This document shows, in pieces, positions 22,235 through 30,870 of a DNA stretch of 64,000 bases. This stretch comes from Ferrithrix thermotolerans DSM 19514 (GTDB taxonomy: Bacteria > Actinomycetota > Acidimicrobiia > Acidimicrobiales > CAIXPF01). The first letter of the stretch is position 1. Each line of letters opens with the position of its first letter. A model generated the notes under the pieces. That model was not told the origin of the DNA. It worked only from the letters and a program-made list of their open reading frames with translations, and made no database searches. The stretch covers positions 6,439-70,438 of the forward strand of contig CAMDQT010000003.1 in the NCBI GenBank assembly GCA_945906305.1, written 5' to 3'. The position numbers and the translations under genes are program-made.

Positions 22235-22612
22235 TCATCGAGGGCGAACGCGGATCACCATGCGTTCAAATCGCACCCCGGTCTCTTGCCGCAGACGTTC
22301 GAGAAGGTCGGCCTCAAGCCAGCGCAACTGGGTCGCCCAAGCCGGATCTTTAACGGCAATGACCAGGGTCGAACCATCACTGGCCACCGCCCGCGCATTC
22401 GCCGCGATAGTTGGTCCCACCAGGGTTTCCCAGTCGGCGATGACGCCAATAGCCTGGGTTCGAGGAGCCCACCCGAGATGGCGGACCAACTGTTCGAGCG
22501 TCGCACCAATGGCCTGGGGCGGCGGCCCACCGGCCACACCTTCGTCGTCACTCGCTCTACGACCCCGGCGATGGGGGTAGCGACGTCGAGCGGGCTGCTC
22601 ATCGTCACTCAT
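22235..22612 (-). CDS. DUF721 domain protein (DciA-like, Rv0004 position between recF and gyrB)
   Basis: 125 aa. ..WETLVGPTIAANARAVASDGSTLVIAVKDPAWATQLRWLEADLLERL.. is the DUF721 pattern. 4-nt overlap with the recF stop. Confidence 0.75.
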   Translation of the reverse strand: MSDDEQPARRRYPHRRGRRASDDEGVAGGPPPQAIGATLEQLVRHLGWAPRTQAIGVIADWETLVGPTIAANARAVASDGSTLVIAVKDPAWATQLRWLEADLLERLRQETGVRFERMVIRVRPR

Positions 22613-23697
22613 CGAGCCACCTGACCGATCACGCCGTTGTCAATCTCGTAAACGACGTCAGCTTTGGCGGCACACGGCAACCGATCAGCCGATGTGAGCA
22701 CCGTTTGGCCTACCGGCAAGTTAGCGATGAGCGCGTCGCACCGCTGTGGATCGAGTTCGGAAAACACATCATCAAGCAAGAGCAGTGGTGGCTGGGCAAC
22801 CTGCTCGGTGACCAAGCGGTGGCCGCCCAACTTGAGTGCTAGAGCGAAGCTACGTTGCTCGCCCTGAGATCCATGCGTGCGAACCGCCCGGCCCCCCAAC
22901 AGCAACTCAACCTCGTCGCGATGTGGACCCAACGTCGTCACCCCGCGGCCGACATCCTCGGCCCGGCTGCTCGCCAAGGCCGCCGCGGCCTCACCCAGGG
23001 TGACCGTCGGTCGATACTGAACATCCACCACCGCCTCCATCCCGGCCAGCGCTTGATACGCGGCGGCAACTTCGGGCCGCAGTGCGGTGACGGTCTCGAA
23101 GCGGGCCTGCATCACCGCTTCCGCCGCCGGAGCCATCTTGGCGTCCCACACATCCAGGGTGAGTGCAGCCCCAGCATCAAGCCGGCCGCCACACTGGCGT
23201 AGCAGGGCGTTGCGCTGTCGAAGGACTCGCTCAAAGCTGCTCAACAGCGCATCCAACCTGGGGTCACCAGCCACCATCACCTCGTCGACAAGGGTGCGGC
23301 GCAATTGCGGACCCTCCTTCACGACGGCGAGATCATCGGGTGAGAACACCGTGACCCGAAGAACGCCAAGTGCCTCTCGAGGAGAATGGACACGCTGGCG
23401 GTTCAGTTGGACGCGATTGCGTCCAGCGCGGCTGATCTCCGCCTCGAGAAGCACTTCCCGGTCGCCTCGGCGAACTCCCTCGGCTCGGATCTGCGCCGCA
23501 GGTGCACCATCACGAATCATGACATCGGTCGTTGATACCCGAAACGAACGAAAGGTGGCGAGGTAGGCGATGGCCTCAAGGACGTTCGTCTTGCCTTGTC
23601 CGTTACGGCCCACCAAGGCGGTCAAGCCGGGAGAAAACTCCAGCTCAGCGTGCTCATAGCTACGGAATTGATGCAAACTCAGTCGCTGTAGATGCAC
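22609..23697 (-). CDS. recF: DNA replication/repair protein RecF
   Basis: MHLQRLSLHQFRSYEHAELEFSPGLTALVGRNGQGKTNVLEAIAYL (Walker A); C-terminal ..GSQGEQRSFALALKLG..LLLLDDVFSELD. Confidence 0.95.
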   Translation of the reverse strand: MHLQRLSLHQFRSYEHAELEFSPGLTALVGRNGQGKTNVLEAIAYLATFRSFRVSTTDVMIRDGAPAAQIRAEGVRRGDREVLLEAEISRAGRNRVQLNRQRVHSPREALGVLRVTVFSPDDLAVVKEGPQLRRTLVDEVMVAGDPRLDALLSSFERVLRQRNALLRQCGGRLDAGAALTLDVWDAKMAPAAEAVMQARFETVTALRPEVAAAYQALAGMEAVVDVQYRPTVTLGEAAAALASSRAEDVGRGVTTLGPHRDEVELLLGGRAVRTHGSQGEQRSFALALKLGGHRLVTEQVAQPPLLLLDDVFSELDPQRCDALIANLPVGQTVLTSADRLPCAAKADVVYEIDNGVIGQVAR

Positions 23698-23740
23698 GGT
23701 TCGCCATGTCGCACGGCTCTCACGTCCTGCGGACCGGCGC

Positions 23741-24832
23741 TCAGGAGACTCGCACGGGCATCAGAAGGTAAAAGAAGTCCTCATTGCCAACTCCGCGCAG
23801 CACGGCTGGATTTCGAGCATCAAGGCTTTCGAGAACGACCTCATCAGCACTCGTCGCCTCAAGCCCCGCCATCAGGTATTCAGGGTTGAATGCCACGGTG
23901 AGCTCGGTACCCACATAGGCGGCATCGACAGATTCATGGGCCTGACCAACGTCTTGGGTCATGGCCAACAGTTCGAGGCCGTCGGCCTTTTGCACCAGGC
24001 GGATCGGTGTCGACTCACGAGCCAAAAGACGGACCCGGCGGACCGCGTCCAACAACACCTCACGGCTGACGGTCAGTCGATTGGGGTGGTTTCGGGGAAT
24101 GAGTGTCCGGTAATTCGGAAAGGAACCCTCGATCAGGCGCGTGGTCAGGCGACTGTTGCCACAGGCAAAGGATGCTTCGCGCTCCCCCAACCGAAGTTGG
24201 ACCGTACCCGCACTCGACAACAGCCGGGTTAGTTCCGCCAACGCTCGCGACGGCAGCAGCACGTCCTGCCCCTCAGCCAATACTGGCGTGTCGACAAGGT
24301 CACGAACAGCCAAGCGATAGGAATCCGTCGCCACCAGACGCAGTCCGCCCCCCTCTGCCGCCACGTGCACCCCGGTCAGTACCGGTCGCGAGTCGTCCGA
24401 GGAGGCCGCCGGCACGACTTGTTTCAGCGCCTGGGCCAAGGATTTCGCATCAACCGAAAGCGGGACCACGTCGATTTCCGGTGAACGCGGGAACTCATCG
24501 GCGGGAATCAACCGGAGCGAGAACTCCGACCGTCCTGAACTCACCTGGGCGGTGTCATCGATGATCTCGACGACTACGGCACCCGGATCCAAAGCTCGAA
24601 CGATGTCAACCAAGAGACGGGCGGGAATCACCGCCAAACCGTCGCCCAACCCGGCGACTTCAACCTCGACCGAGATTGACAACTCCAGGTCCGTTGCGCT
24701 CAGAAGGAGTAAGTCTCCTCGCAGTTCAGTACGAATGCCGGAGAGCACTGGAAGCGCGCCACGTGAACTGACCGCCCGACCAGCGGTGGCCAACGCTTCG
24801 AGGAGAACGTCGCGTTCGCATCGGAACTTCAT
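23741..24832 (-). CDS. dnaN: DNA polymerase III beta sliding clamp
   Basis: 363 aa. MKFRCERDVLLEALATAGRAVSSRGALPVLSGI.. with the three-domain clamp pattern, positioned between dnaA and recF. Confidence 0.95.
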   Translation of the reverse strand: MKFRCERDVLLEALATAGRAVSSRGALPVLSGIRTELRGDLLLLSATDLELSISVEVEVAGLGDGLAVIPARLLVDIVRALDPGAVVVEIIDDTAQVSSGRSEFSLRLIPADEFPRSPEIDVVPLSVDAKSLAQALKQVVPAASSDDSRPVLTGVHVAAEGGGLRLVATDSYRLAVRDLVDTPVLAEGQDVLLPSRALAELTRLLSSAGTVQLRLGEREASFACGNSRLTTRLIEGSFPNYRTLIPRNHPNRLTVSREVLLDAVRRVRLLARESTPIRLVQKADGLELLAMTQDVGQAHESVDAAYVGTELTVAFNPEYLMAGLEATSADEVVLESLDARNPAVLRGVGNEDFFYLLMPVRVS

Positions 24833-25121
24833 GCCGTTGTCCCTTCGCGATTCAGATAAGGGAATCGATGTGTATACGGATAGTTCTTGTAATAAGACCT
24901 GGGGATTGTGGACAACCAGTGATGTGCGCAGATCAGATGGTGTTTTCCTGTGATCTGATTATCCACCGCCATGCACAGGCTCGTTGTTGATGCCCGCGAT
25001 GGTTGTGGACAATGCCGTGGTGATCCACCACCCGTCCCCAACCTTGAGGATGCAATATTCACAGGCCGAACCACAATATGTTGGTGATCTTGGTGGCACG
25101 CTGCGTGGTGTTCTGGTTCGG
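24833..25121. promoter_or_regulatory. candidate oriC (dnaA-dnaN spacer: DnaA boxes plus AT-rich block)
   Basis: TGTGGACAA (reverse complement TTGTCCACA) at 24907-24915 and 25004-25012; TTATCCACC at 24959-24967. Weaker boxes: TGATCCACC 25021-25029 and ATATTCACA 25055-25063. AT-rich stretch 24849-24899 lies next to the dnaN start. Confidence 0.65.
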
Positions 25122-26519
25122 TCATCGACCCTCTCCACGGTTGAGAGCGGTGATCAGTTCCGTTACTTGGTCGTAGGTCTGTCGACGTTCCTGCATCTGG
25201 GTGCTGATCTTGTCCACGGCGTGGATGACCGTCGTGTGGTCCCGGCCACCGAACTCACGGGCAATTGCAGGGTAGGAGAGGTCGGTGAGCTCGCGCATGA
25301 CGTACATCGCCACCTGACGAGCGGCCACCAGCGGACGGCGTCGGCTTCTGCCCTTGATGTCTTCTAGGGAGAAGGCGAAGCGGGTACAGGTCATCTCGAG
25401 AATCGCACTCGGGGTGATGATATGGGGTCGTTTGTCGCGAAGAGAATCAGCGAGGACTCGTTCGGCTAGCGCGGCGGACAGCGGCTCCCGGTTGAGGCTG
25501 GCGTAGGCCGCAACTCGGATGAGCGCACCTTCGAGTTCACGGATGTTGTTCGTGATGTTCGACGCGATGAACTCGAGTACGTCGGGCCCGATGGAGCCCG
25601 ACGCCTGTTCGGCCTTCTTGCGCAAGATGGCCAATCGAGTTTCGAGATCCGGGGGCTGGATGTCGGTGATGAGTCCCATCTTGAAGCGGCTGCGAAGGCG
25701 GTCTTCAAGAGTCGAAATTGCATCAGGTGGCCGATCGGAGCTGAGCACGATCTGGCGGTTGGCCTCGTAGAGGTAGTTGAAGGTGTGGAAGAACTCCTCT
25801 TGGAGTCCCTCCTTGCCTTCCATGAACTGGATGTCATCGACGAGTAGTACGTCCATCTCGCGGTAGTGGCGCTTGAAGTCCTGCGGGGTGCCCGAGCGGA
25901 TGGCGTCGACGTACTGGTTCAGGAACGTCTCGGTGGAAACGTAACGGACCTGGTAGTTGCGGTAGTTCTGCCGCACGTAATGGGCGATGGCTTGGAGTAG
26001 GTGGGTCTTTCCGAGTCCGGCGTCACCGTAGATAAACAATGGGTTATAGAAGCGGGCTGGCAACTCGGCGACGGACAAAGCGGCCGCCTGGGCGAAGCGA
26101 TTCGAACTTCCGGTGACAAAGGCTTCGAAGGTGTATCGCGGATTGATACCGTCTTCGGATTCGGCCCGACCGGTGGTCTGGCGCACAGGGTCAGCGGTCT
26201 CGGTGGAACGACGGGCACCTACCCAGGTGCCGGCTGGAGTGTGATCAACCGGTTCGGCCACGGCCGGACTTGAGTGGCTGACCTGGACCACTACCTGCAC
26301 TCCAGGCCATCCCGATGTTTCCAGAGCGTCGTTCACAAGGGAACGGAAGCGGCCTTCGAAGCGTTCCTTGACGAGGGAGTTGGGCACTCCGAGGCTCAGG
26401 GTTCGGCCGTCGAAGTCCAGCGGTGTGACCAGATTGAATGTGGATTGCCACACCGCATCGGATACCTCGTCGCGTAGCGACAGTGCTGCGGCGTCCCACA
26501 GGGCGCGGGCGTCGGTCAT
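25122..26519 (-). CDS. dnaA: chromosomal replication initiator protein DnaA
   Basis: 465 aa. AAA+ Walker [15 protein letters not shown], box VII ..SSDRPP.., C-terminal DNA-binding domain ..[26 protein letters not shown]. Confidence 0.97.
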   Translation of the reverse strand: MTDARALWDAAALSLRDEVSDAVWQSTFNLVTPLDFDGRTLSLGVPNSLVKERFEGRFRSLVNDALETSGWPGVQVVVQVSHSSPAVAEPVDHTPAGTWVGARRSTETADPVRQTTGRAESEDGINPRYTFEAFVTGSSNRFAQAAALSVAELPARFYNPLFIYGDAGLGKTHLLQAIAHYVRQNYRNYQVRYVSTETFLNQYVDAIRSGTPQDFKRHYREMDVLLVDDIQFMEGKEGLQEEFFHTFNYLYEANRQIVLSSDRPPDAISTLEDRLRSRFKMGLITDIQPPDLETRLAILRKKAEQASGSIGPDVLEFIASNITNNIRELEGALIRVAAYASLNREPLSAALAERVLADSLRDKRPHIITPSAILEMTCTRFAFSLEDIKGRSRRRPLVAARQVAMYVMRELTDLSYPAIAREFGGRDHTTVIHAVDKISTQMQERRQTYDQVTELITALNRGEGR

Positions 26520-26578
26520 GGTGAGGCCTCGGTTTTCGAGTGTCTCGTGATCGACAAGGTGTTCCCCGTAGTTGAATT

Positions 26579-26611
26579 GTTTCCACAGAGGTATCCACAG
26601 GTGTGGAGGAA
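26579..26611. promoter_or_regulatory. DnaA-box cluster in the dnaA / rpmH divergent promoter region
   Basis: GTTTCCACA 26579-26587, GTATCCACA 26591-26599 and TGTGGAGGA 26603-26611. The last two form the palindrome TCCACA-GG-TGTGGA. Confidence 0.5.
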
Positions 26612-26900
26612 CAGCATAATGGCCAGGGTCGTTCGGCCCGCCCGTGAAACTGCTTGTGGTAACTCTGTGACCGTTGTCTCACATCGCTGTATGGGAGCGG
26701 CGGCAAGCTATCACTGCGGTTGGGCTGGGCGCACGAGCGTCGCCGTTCTGGTTGCCCCAACTGTGGGCGATAACCTAGGCTGTCGCCCCGGTAGCGGCGC
26801 GCCCCTGAGCGCGCGCAATTTCCTGGGTGGACGTCGGGTGACGTCGGTGCGTCGGATATTGCCGACGACCCGATCCCGGGAAGCGAGAGGACGAGGCACG

Positions 26901-27035
26901 ATGAAGAGGACCTTTCAGCCCAACAACCGCCGTCGGGCGAAGAAGCACGGGTTCCGTACCCGGATGGCGACTCGGGCGGGCCGTGCTGTTGTCCGGGCTC
27001 GCCGTCGTCAAGGCCGCTCTCGTCTATCGGCTTGA
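26901..27035 (+). CDS. rpmH: 50S ribosomal protein L34
   Basis: [44 protein letters not shown] (44 aa), embedded in track ORF 26547..27035. GAGAGGA Shine-Dalgarno lies about 10 nt upstream of ATG 26901. Confidence 0.95.
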   Translation: MKRTFQPNNRRRAKKHGFRTRMATRAGRAVVRARRRQGRSRLSA

Positions 27036-27382
27036 TCGACGGCATCCGGGACCGGGCCACCTTCGCCGGCTTCGGAAGGGGACAGCGTGCCGTTTGTGGA
27101 CCGCTCCGCCTCCGCTACATCCGCCCCAGTGACGCGTCGGACCAAACTCAACATGCGAGGGTGGCCTATGCCATCAACCGTAAGGTCGGCTCGGCCGTGG
27201 TCCGCAACCGGGTCCGCCGCCGGTTGCGAGCGGCCCTGGTCGAACTCGACCGTGCCGGGCAGGGGGCGCTACCGGCGGGCGCCTACCTCTTTGGGGCAGA
27301 CGCTACTTTGGCCGAGTTGTCATTCTCGGAGGTCGAACGACTTGTTGCTGGCGTCATTGAACGGGCCTGTCGTCGTGGCTGA
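27032..27382 (+). CDS. rnpA: ribonuclease P protein component
   Basis: 116 aa. The TTG start overlaps the rpmH stop. ..[41 protein letters not shown] is the RnpA basic RNR-type motif. Confidence 0.85.
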   Translation: MIDGIRDRATFAGFGRGQRAVCGPLRLRYIRPSDASDQTQHARVAYAINRKVGSAVVRNRVRRRLRAALVELDRAGQGALPAGAYLFGADATLAELSFSEVERLVAGVIERACRRG

Positions 27383-27626
27383 GTCCCAGGTTCGGCCATC
27401 GCTGGCGGCGAGGATCCTCATCGGCGCCGTTGATGGGTACCAGTCGGTATTTTCCTGGCGCCCCTCTCCTTGCCGCTACGTTCCCTCTTGCTCGTCGTAC
27501 ATGCTCGAAGCGCTTGAGGTTTACGGCGCCTTGCGGGGGGGATGGCTCGGTGCTCGCCGACTCCTTCGTTGTCATCCTTGGGGGCCCCATGGTGAGGACC
27601 CTGTTCCTAAGCGGAAGGTTCGCTAG
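27375..27626 (+). CDS. yidD: membrane protein insertion efficiency factor YidD
   Basis: C-terminal part of track ORF 27087..27626: ..[68 protein letters not shown] 27375 overlaps the rnpA stop. Confidence 0.8.
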   Translation: MAESQVRPSLAARILIGAVDGYQSVFSWRPSPCRYVPSCSSYMLEALEVYGALRGGWLGARRLLRCHPWGPHGEDPVPKRKVR

Positions 27627-28691
27627 ATGTTCGACGGCTTGTTCGAAGGGTTGGCCTGGGTTCTGGCCTTCTTTTTCGACCTCACCCACTCCTATGGGGT
27701 GTCCATCATCCTGCTGACCATCGCGGTGATGGCGGTGGTGACACCGCTGACCCTCAAGGGCACCAAGTCGATGATGGCCATGCAGCGACTCCAGCCGGAG
27801 ATGCGCCGCATCCAGCAGGAGAACCGGGAGGACCGGCAGAAGCTCAATGAAGAGATGCTCAGGTTCTACAAAGAGCACGAAATCAACCCCATGGGCAGTT
27901 GTATCCCGTTGCTCATTCAGATGCCGATCTTCTTGGTTCTGTTTCGAGTCGTGAAGGGACTGACCCACGTCGGCCCCGATGGCACGTTCGATCCGCTGTA
28001 TCTCTCGACGACTACGGAGCTGTATCGGTCGCTCAAGGGTTCCACTGACATGTTGTTCCTCGGACTCGATCTTGAGAAGACACCGTTGAACGTCCTGAAA
28101 TCGGAGGGGTTCATCCGGGCTCTCCCCTACATCGTGCTGATCGGCCTCTGGGTGGGCACGTCCTACTTGCAGCAACGGCAGGTATCAGGTCGAAACCCCG
28201 AATCCATGAATCCCCAGCAGCGAATGATGATGCGGGTCATCCCGATTTTCTCGCTGACGGCGGTGGCGTTCCCTGCGGCGTTGAGCATCTACTGGGTCAC
28301 GTCGAACGTGTGTCGACTTGGTACGCAGGGTTACATCTCCCAGCGGTATTACAACATGGGTTGGTTTGGCATCGGTGGCAAGAAAGCCGGTGATGGCACT
28401 CGGACGATCATCGACGTGAAGGCCAAGCCGGTCAAGTCGATACCTGAGGCCAAGAAGTCCGGTTCCGCCAACAAAGTCAGCGGACCGACGAAGCCGGTAA
28501 GCGGCCGGATTACGCCGGCGAAGGGTAAGTCTGCGGAGACGAGACGCCCTGGAACTCCGCCCGGTCGCCGGACGAATTCGTCGACATCAAGTGGCGACGG
28601 CAAACGTCGTCGAGTGCCCAACGGTCCGGTCGAAGGGGCTACTGCCCCTGGGGATCAGCCCGCAACTTCGCGCAAGAAGTGGAGGTCATAA
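27627..28691 (+). CDS. yidC: membrane protein insertase YidC
   Basis: 354 aa. ..YGVSIILLTIAVMAVVTPLTLKGTKSMMAMQRLQPEMRRIQ..NPMGSCIPLLIQMPIF.. with a long basic C-terminal tail. Confidence 0.9.
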   Translation: MFDGLFEGLAWVLAFFFDLTHSYGVSIILLTIAVMAVVTPLTLKGTKSMMAMQRLQPEMRRIQQENREDRQKLNEEMLRFYKEHEINPMGSCIPLLIQMPIFLVLFRVVKGLTHVGPDGTFDPLYLSTTTELYRSLKGSTDMLFLGLDLEKTPLNVLKSEGFIRALPYIVLIGLWVGTSYLQQRQVSGRNPESMNPQQRMMMRVIPIFSLTAVAFPAALSIYWVTSNVCRLGTQGYISQRYYNMGWFGIGGKKAGDGTRTIIDVKAKPVKSIPEAKKSGSANKVSGPTKPVSGRITPAKGKSAETRRPGTPPGRRTNSSTSSGDGKRRRVPNGPVEGATAPGDQPATSRKKWRS

Positions 28692-28694
28692 GCT

Positions 28695-29624
28695 GTGGAA
28701 TGGGTTGAAGTAACCGGAAAAAGCCTGGCCGAGGCGAAAGACAAGGCTCTCGACCATCTCGGCGTTGACGAGGCTCAAGCAGAGTTTGAAGTCCTCGAGG
28801 AACCCAGAGTCGGCCTGTTCCGGCGGGTGAAGGGCGAGGCTCGGGTTCGGGCTCGTATTAAGCCCACACAGCCAAGGCCGAAAGCAGAGCGCCGCGATCG
28901 GAAGCGCCGCAATTCCCGTGACGACGTCCGATCCGACGGCCGCACCACCGACGGCGCTCGCGTTCCCGAAGAACTCCCCCGCGAGAGCGATGATCCTGGT
29001 GGGAGAAGCCGAAACCGCCCAGCAGGTGGTGGGCGCCCGACATCTCGGTCGACCTCACCTGCGAGTCGCCGTGAACCATCCGCCACTCCGAACGAGCGAG
29101 TGAACCGAGAGGAACCGTTGAACGCCATGTCCGAGGAAGATCGAAATGCCGGGCCCGCCGATGACGGTCGTCAGACCGAGCATGCGGTCGAGTTTCTCAC
29201 GGGCTTGGTCGAAGCCTTTGGTCTCACCGCTTCCGTGACTTCGGAGACGGTGGACCAGAACTATGACGAGGTTCGAATCACTGGCGACGATTTGGGCATC
29301 TTGATCGGGCCTCGGGCCGCCGCGTTGGATTCGATTCAGGAACTCGCCCGGGTTGTGGCTCAGCGTCGTAGCGGTGGCCGCGGCGAAAGTCGCTTTCGGG
29401 TGGACATCGCAGGCGTCCGGCAACGACGTCGGGAGGCTCTGGAGCGTTTCGCTCTGAAGCTCGCCGAAGAGGTTCGTGAGACGGGCAAAGTGAAGGCCCT
29501 CGAGCCAATGAACGCCGCTGACCGTAAGGTCGTTCACGATATCGTGGGGTCCCTCGAAGGGGTGTCGACGTCGTCCGAAGGGGAGGATCCTCGTCGTCGA
29601 GTGGTGATCGCCCCGGGTTCGTGA
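28695..29624 (+). CDS. Jag/KhpB-type RNA-binding protein (Jag_N, KH, R3H)
   Basis: N-terminal MEWVEVTGKSLAEAKDKALDHLGV (Jag_N), an Arg/Pro-rich linker, then C-terminal KH/R3H ..LEPMNAADRKVVHDIV... Conserved position after yidC. Confidence 0.8.
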   Translation: MEWVEVTGKSLAEAKDKALDHLGVDEAQAEFEVLEEPRVGLFRRVKGEARVRARIKPTQPRPKAERRDRKRRNSRDDVRSDGRTTDGARVPEELPRESDDPGGRSRNRPAGGGRPTSRSTSPASRREPSATPNERVNREEPLNAMSEEDRNAGPADDGRQTEHAVEFLTGLVEAFGLTASVTSETVDQNYDEVRITGDDLGILIGPRAAALDSIQELARVVAQRRSGGRGESRFRVDIAGVRQRRREALERFALKLAEEVRETGKVKALEPMNAADRKVVHDIVGSLEGVSTSSEGEDPRRRVVIAPGS

Positions 29625-30280
29625 TGGCGGCGTTGCCATCACTTGATCCTGAACTCGAACGACGCCTCGTTCAGGTTCTCGAACAGGCTCGGCAACAGGG
29701 TTTTCTCGGCCCGGGAGCTGCCATGGACCATGTCGAGCATGCACTCGACCTGGCTCAACGTATACAGAACATTTCACCCGCCAGAGCCCTTGACCTGGGC
29801 TCTGGCGGCGGTGTTCCTGGCCTCATTCTGCTCTCGGCATTCCCCCATCTGACGATGGTGCTCTTGGATGCTCAGCAGCGCCGGTCAACATTCCTGCGTC
29901 ATGCGGTCACCGAACTGGGTTTCGACGGACGCGTCGAGGTGGTTGCTGCTCGTGCCGAGGAGGCTGGGCGGCGACCGGGCCTCCGCGGCAGTTTCGATGT
30001 CGTGGTCGCTCGGTCATTCGGCCCACCGGCAACGACCGCTGAATGCGCCGCCCCTTTTCTTCGCGTGGGTGGGCATCTGTTCGTGAGTGAGCCTCCGGGT
30101 GGCCCTGAACGATGGCCTGTCGATGGCTTGGCCGAACTCGGACTGGTCCTGGAGCATCTTCACGGCGGTCCCCAGGGAAACTTTCATTACGCCCAGTTCC
30201 AGGCCCGAATGGCATGTGGCGACCGGTTTCCGCGACGGGACGGGGTTCCTGCTAAACGGCCGCTCTTCTCAACGCCTTAG
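29621..30280 (+). CDS. rsmG: 16S rRNA (guanine527-N7)-methyltransferase RsmG (GidB)
   Basis: ..ARALDLGSGGGVPGLILL.. SAM-binding motif and ..FDVVVARSF... 219 aa, positioned between jag and parA. Confidence 0.9.
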   Translation: MMAALPSLDPELERRLVQVLEQARQQGFLGPGAAMDHVEHALDLAQRIQNISPARALDLGSGGGVPGLILLSAFPHLTMVLLDAQQRRSTFLRHAVTELGFDGRVEVVAARAEEAGRRPGLRGSFDVVVARSFGPPATTAECAAPFLRVGGHLFVSEPPGGPERWPVDGLAELGLVLEHLHGGPQGNFHYAQFQARMACGDRFPRRDGVPAKRPLFSTP

Positions 30281-30296
30281 CTCTGAGCGCAGCGCC

Positions 30297-30325
30297 TGTT
30301 TCACAGCAAACATGACGGTGAAACA
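30297..30325. repeat. inverted repeat made of the two exact parS half-sites separated by 13 bp (TGTTTCAC-N13-GTGAAACA)
   Basis: Read directly: tgtttcac (30297-30304), agcaaacatgacg, gtgaaaca (30318-30325). It starts 17 nt after the rsmG stop. Confidence 0.6.
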
Positions 30326-30379
30326 CGATGGGGTAGAGTTAACCCGGCGGCCCTGGTTCCAGCGCCCAACAGGGAGGTC

Positions 30380-30784
30380 ATGATGGATCCCTTTGCGCTA
30401 AGTCCGCGAGACCTCGGATTCCTGGTGGGCCTTCTGGTGGGTGAAGGATCCTTCGGCGGCGATGGAAGGCAACCGCAGATCACTTTGCGCATGCACACCC
30501 GCCATCGTGATCTCTTCGAACGCCTCGTGGGCCTGGTACCGGGCTCGAGGCTGTATGGGCCCTATAACCATGGCGGGCGGCACTACATGCAGTGGATGGT
30601 ACGGGGCCAAGTTCTGCGCGAGTTGCTGGTTCCGGTGTTGCGTCACAACGCTGATCTCATGGACGAGTACACCACGCGACGCTTTGAGTTGATGTGTACG
30701 GCCTATGGGATGGGTCGGTCGGATTTGCTGGTTACGGAAGGCGGGGCAGCACGAGTCGCCGATCCTTTGCACCCACGTGACTAA
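30380..30784 (+). CDS. free-standing single-motif LAGLIDADG-like protein (I-CreI-type homing-endonuclease fold candidate)
   Basis: 134 aa. LSPRDLGFLVGLLVGEGSFGG matches the LAGLIDADG helix plus acidic residue (GEGSF). It is followed by alternating strand/helix-like segments (PQITLRMH, DLFERLVGLV, RLYGPYNHGGRHYMQWMVRG, VLRELLVPVL) in the I-CreI order. The call is by pattern only. Confidence 0.5.
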   Translation: MMDPFALSPRDLGFLVGLLVGEGSFGGDGRQPQITLRMHTRHRDLFERLVGLVPGSRLYGPYNHGGRHYMQWMVRGQVLRELLVPVLRHNADLMDEYTTRRFELMCTAYGMGRSDLLVTEGGAARVADPLHPRD

Positions 30785-30870
30785 GCTCAAGAACTGATCG
30801 AGACCAGGCGCCCCCGGCACCGTCGTGGTGTGAGTGGGCAATCAACCTGGTGAGAGGCTGGAGCCCCGGA

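Noticed and set aside
24927-24958. 7-bp inverted repeat ATCAGAT / ATCTGAT inside the dnaA-dnaN spacer
   Set aside because: It is short and could arise by chance in an AT-enriched spacer. Noted only as part of the oriC region, not as a separate element.
26828-26870. Three tandem CGTCGG-containing repeats and a CGTCGG/CCGACG hairpin upstream of rpmH, considered as a mini-repeat array or CRISPR-like feature
   Set aside because: The units are only 6-10 nt with no spacer architecture. This is far too short for CRISPR and is consistent with a simple leader hairpin or GC-rich low complexity.
26245-27060. 271-aa minus-strand ORF spanning the dnaA 5' end, the dnaA-rpmH spacer and rpmH
   Set aside because: The translation is Arg/Pro/Ser-rich and low-complexity. 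It is antisense to the unmistakable rpmH and overlaps dnaA out of frame. This is a typical shadow ORF of high-GC DNA.
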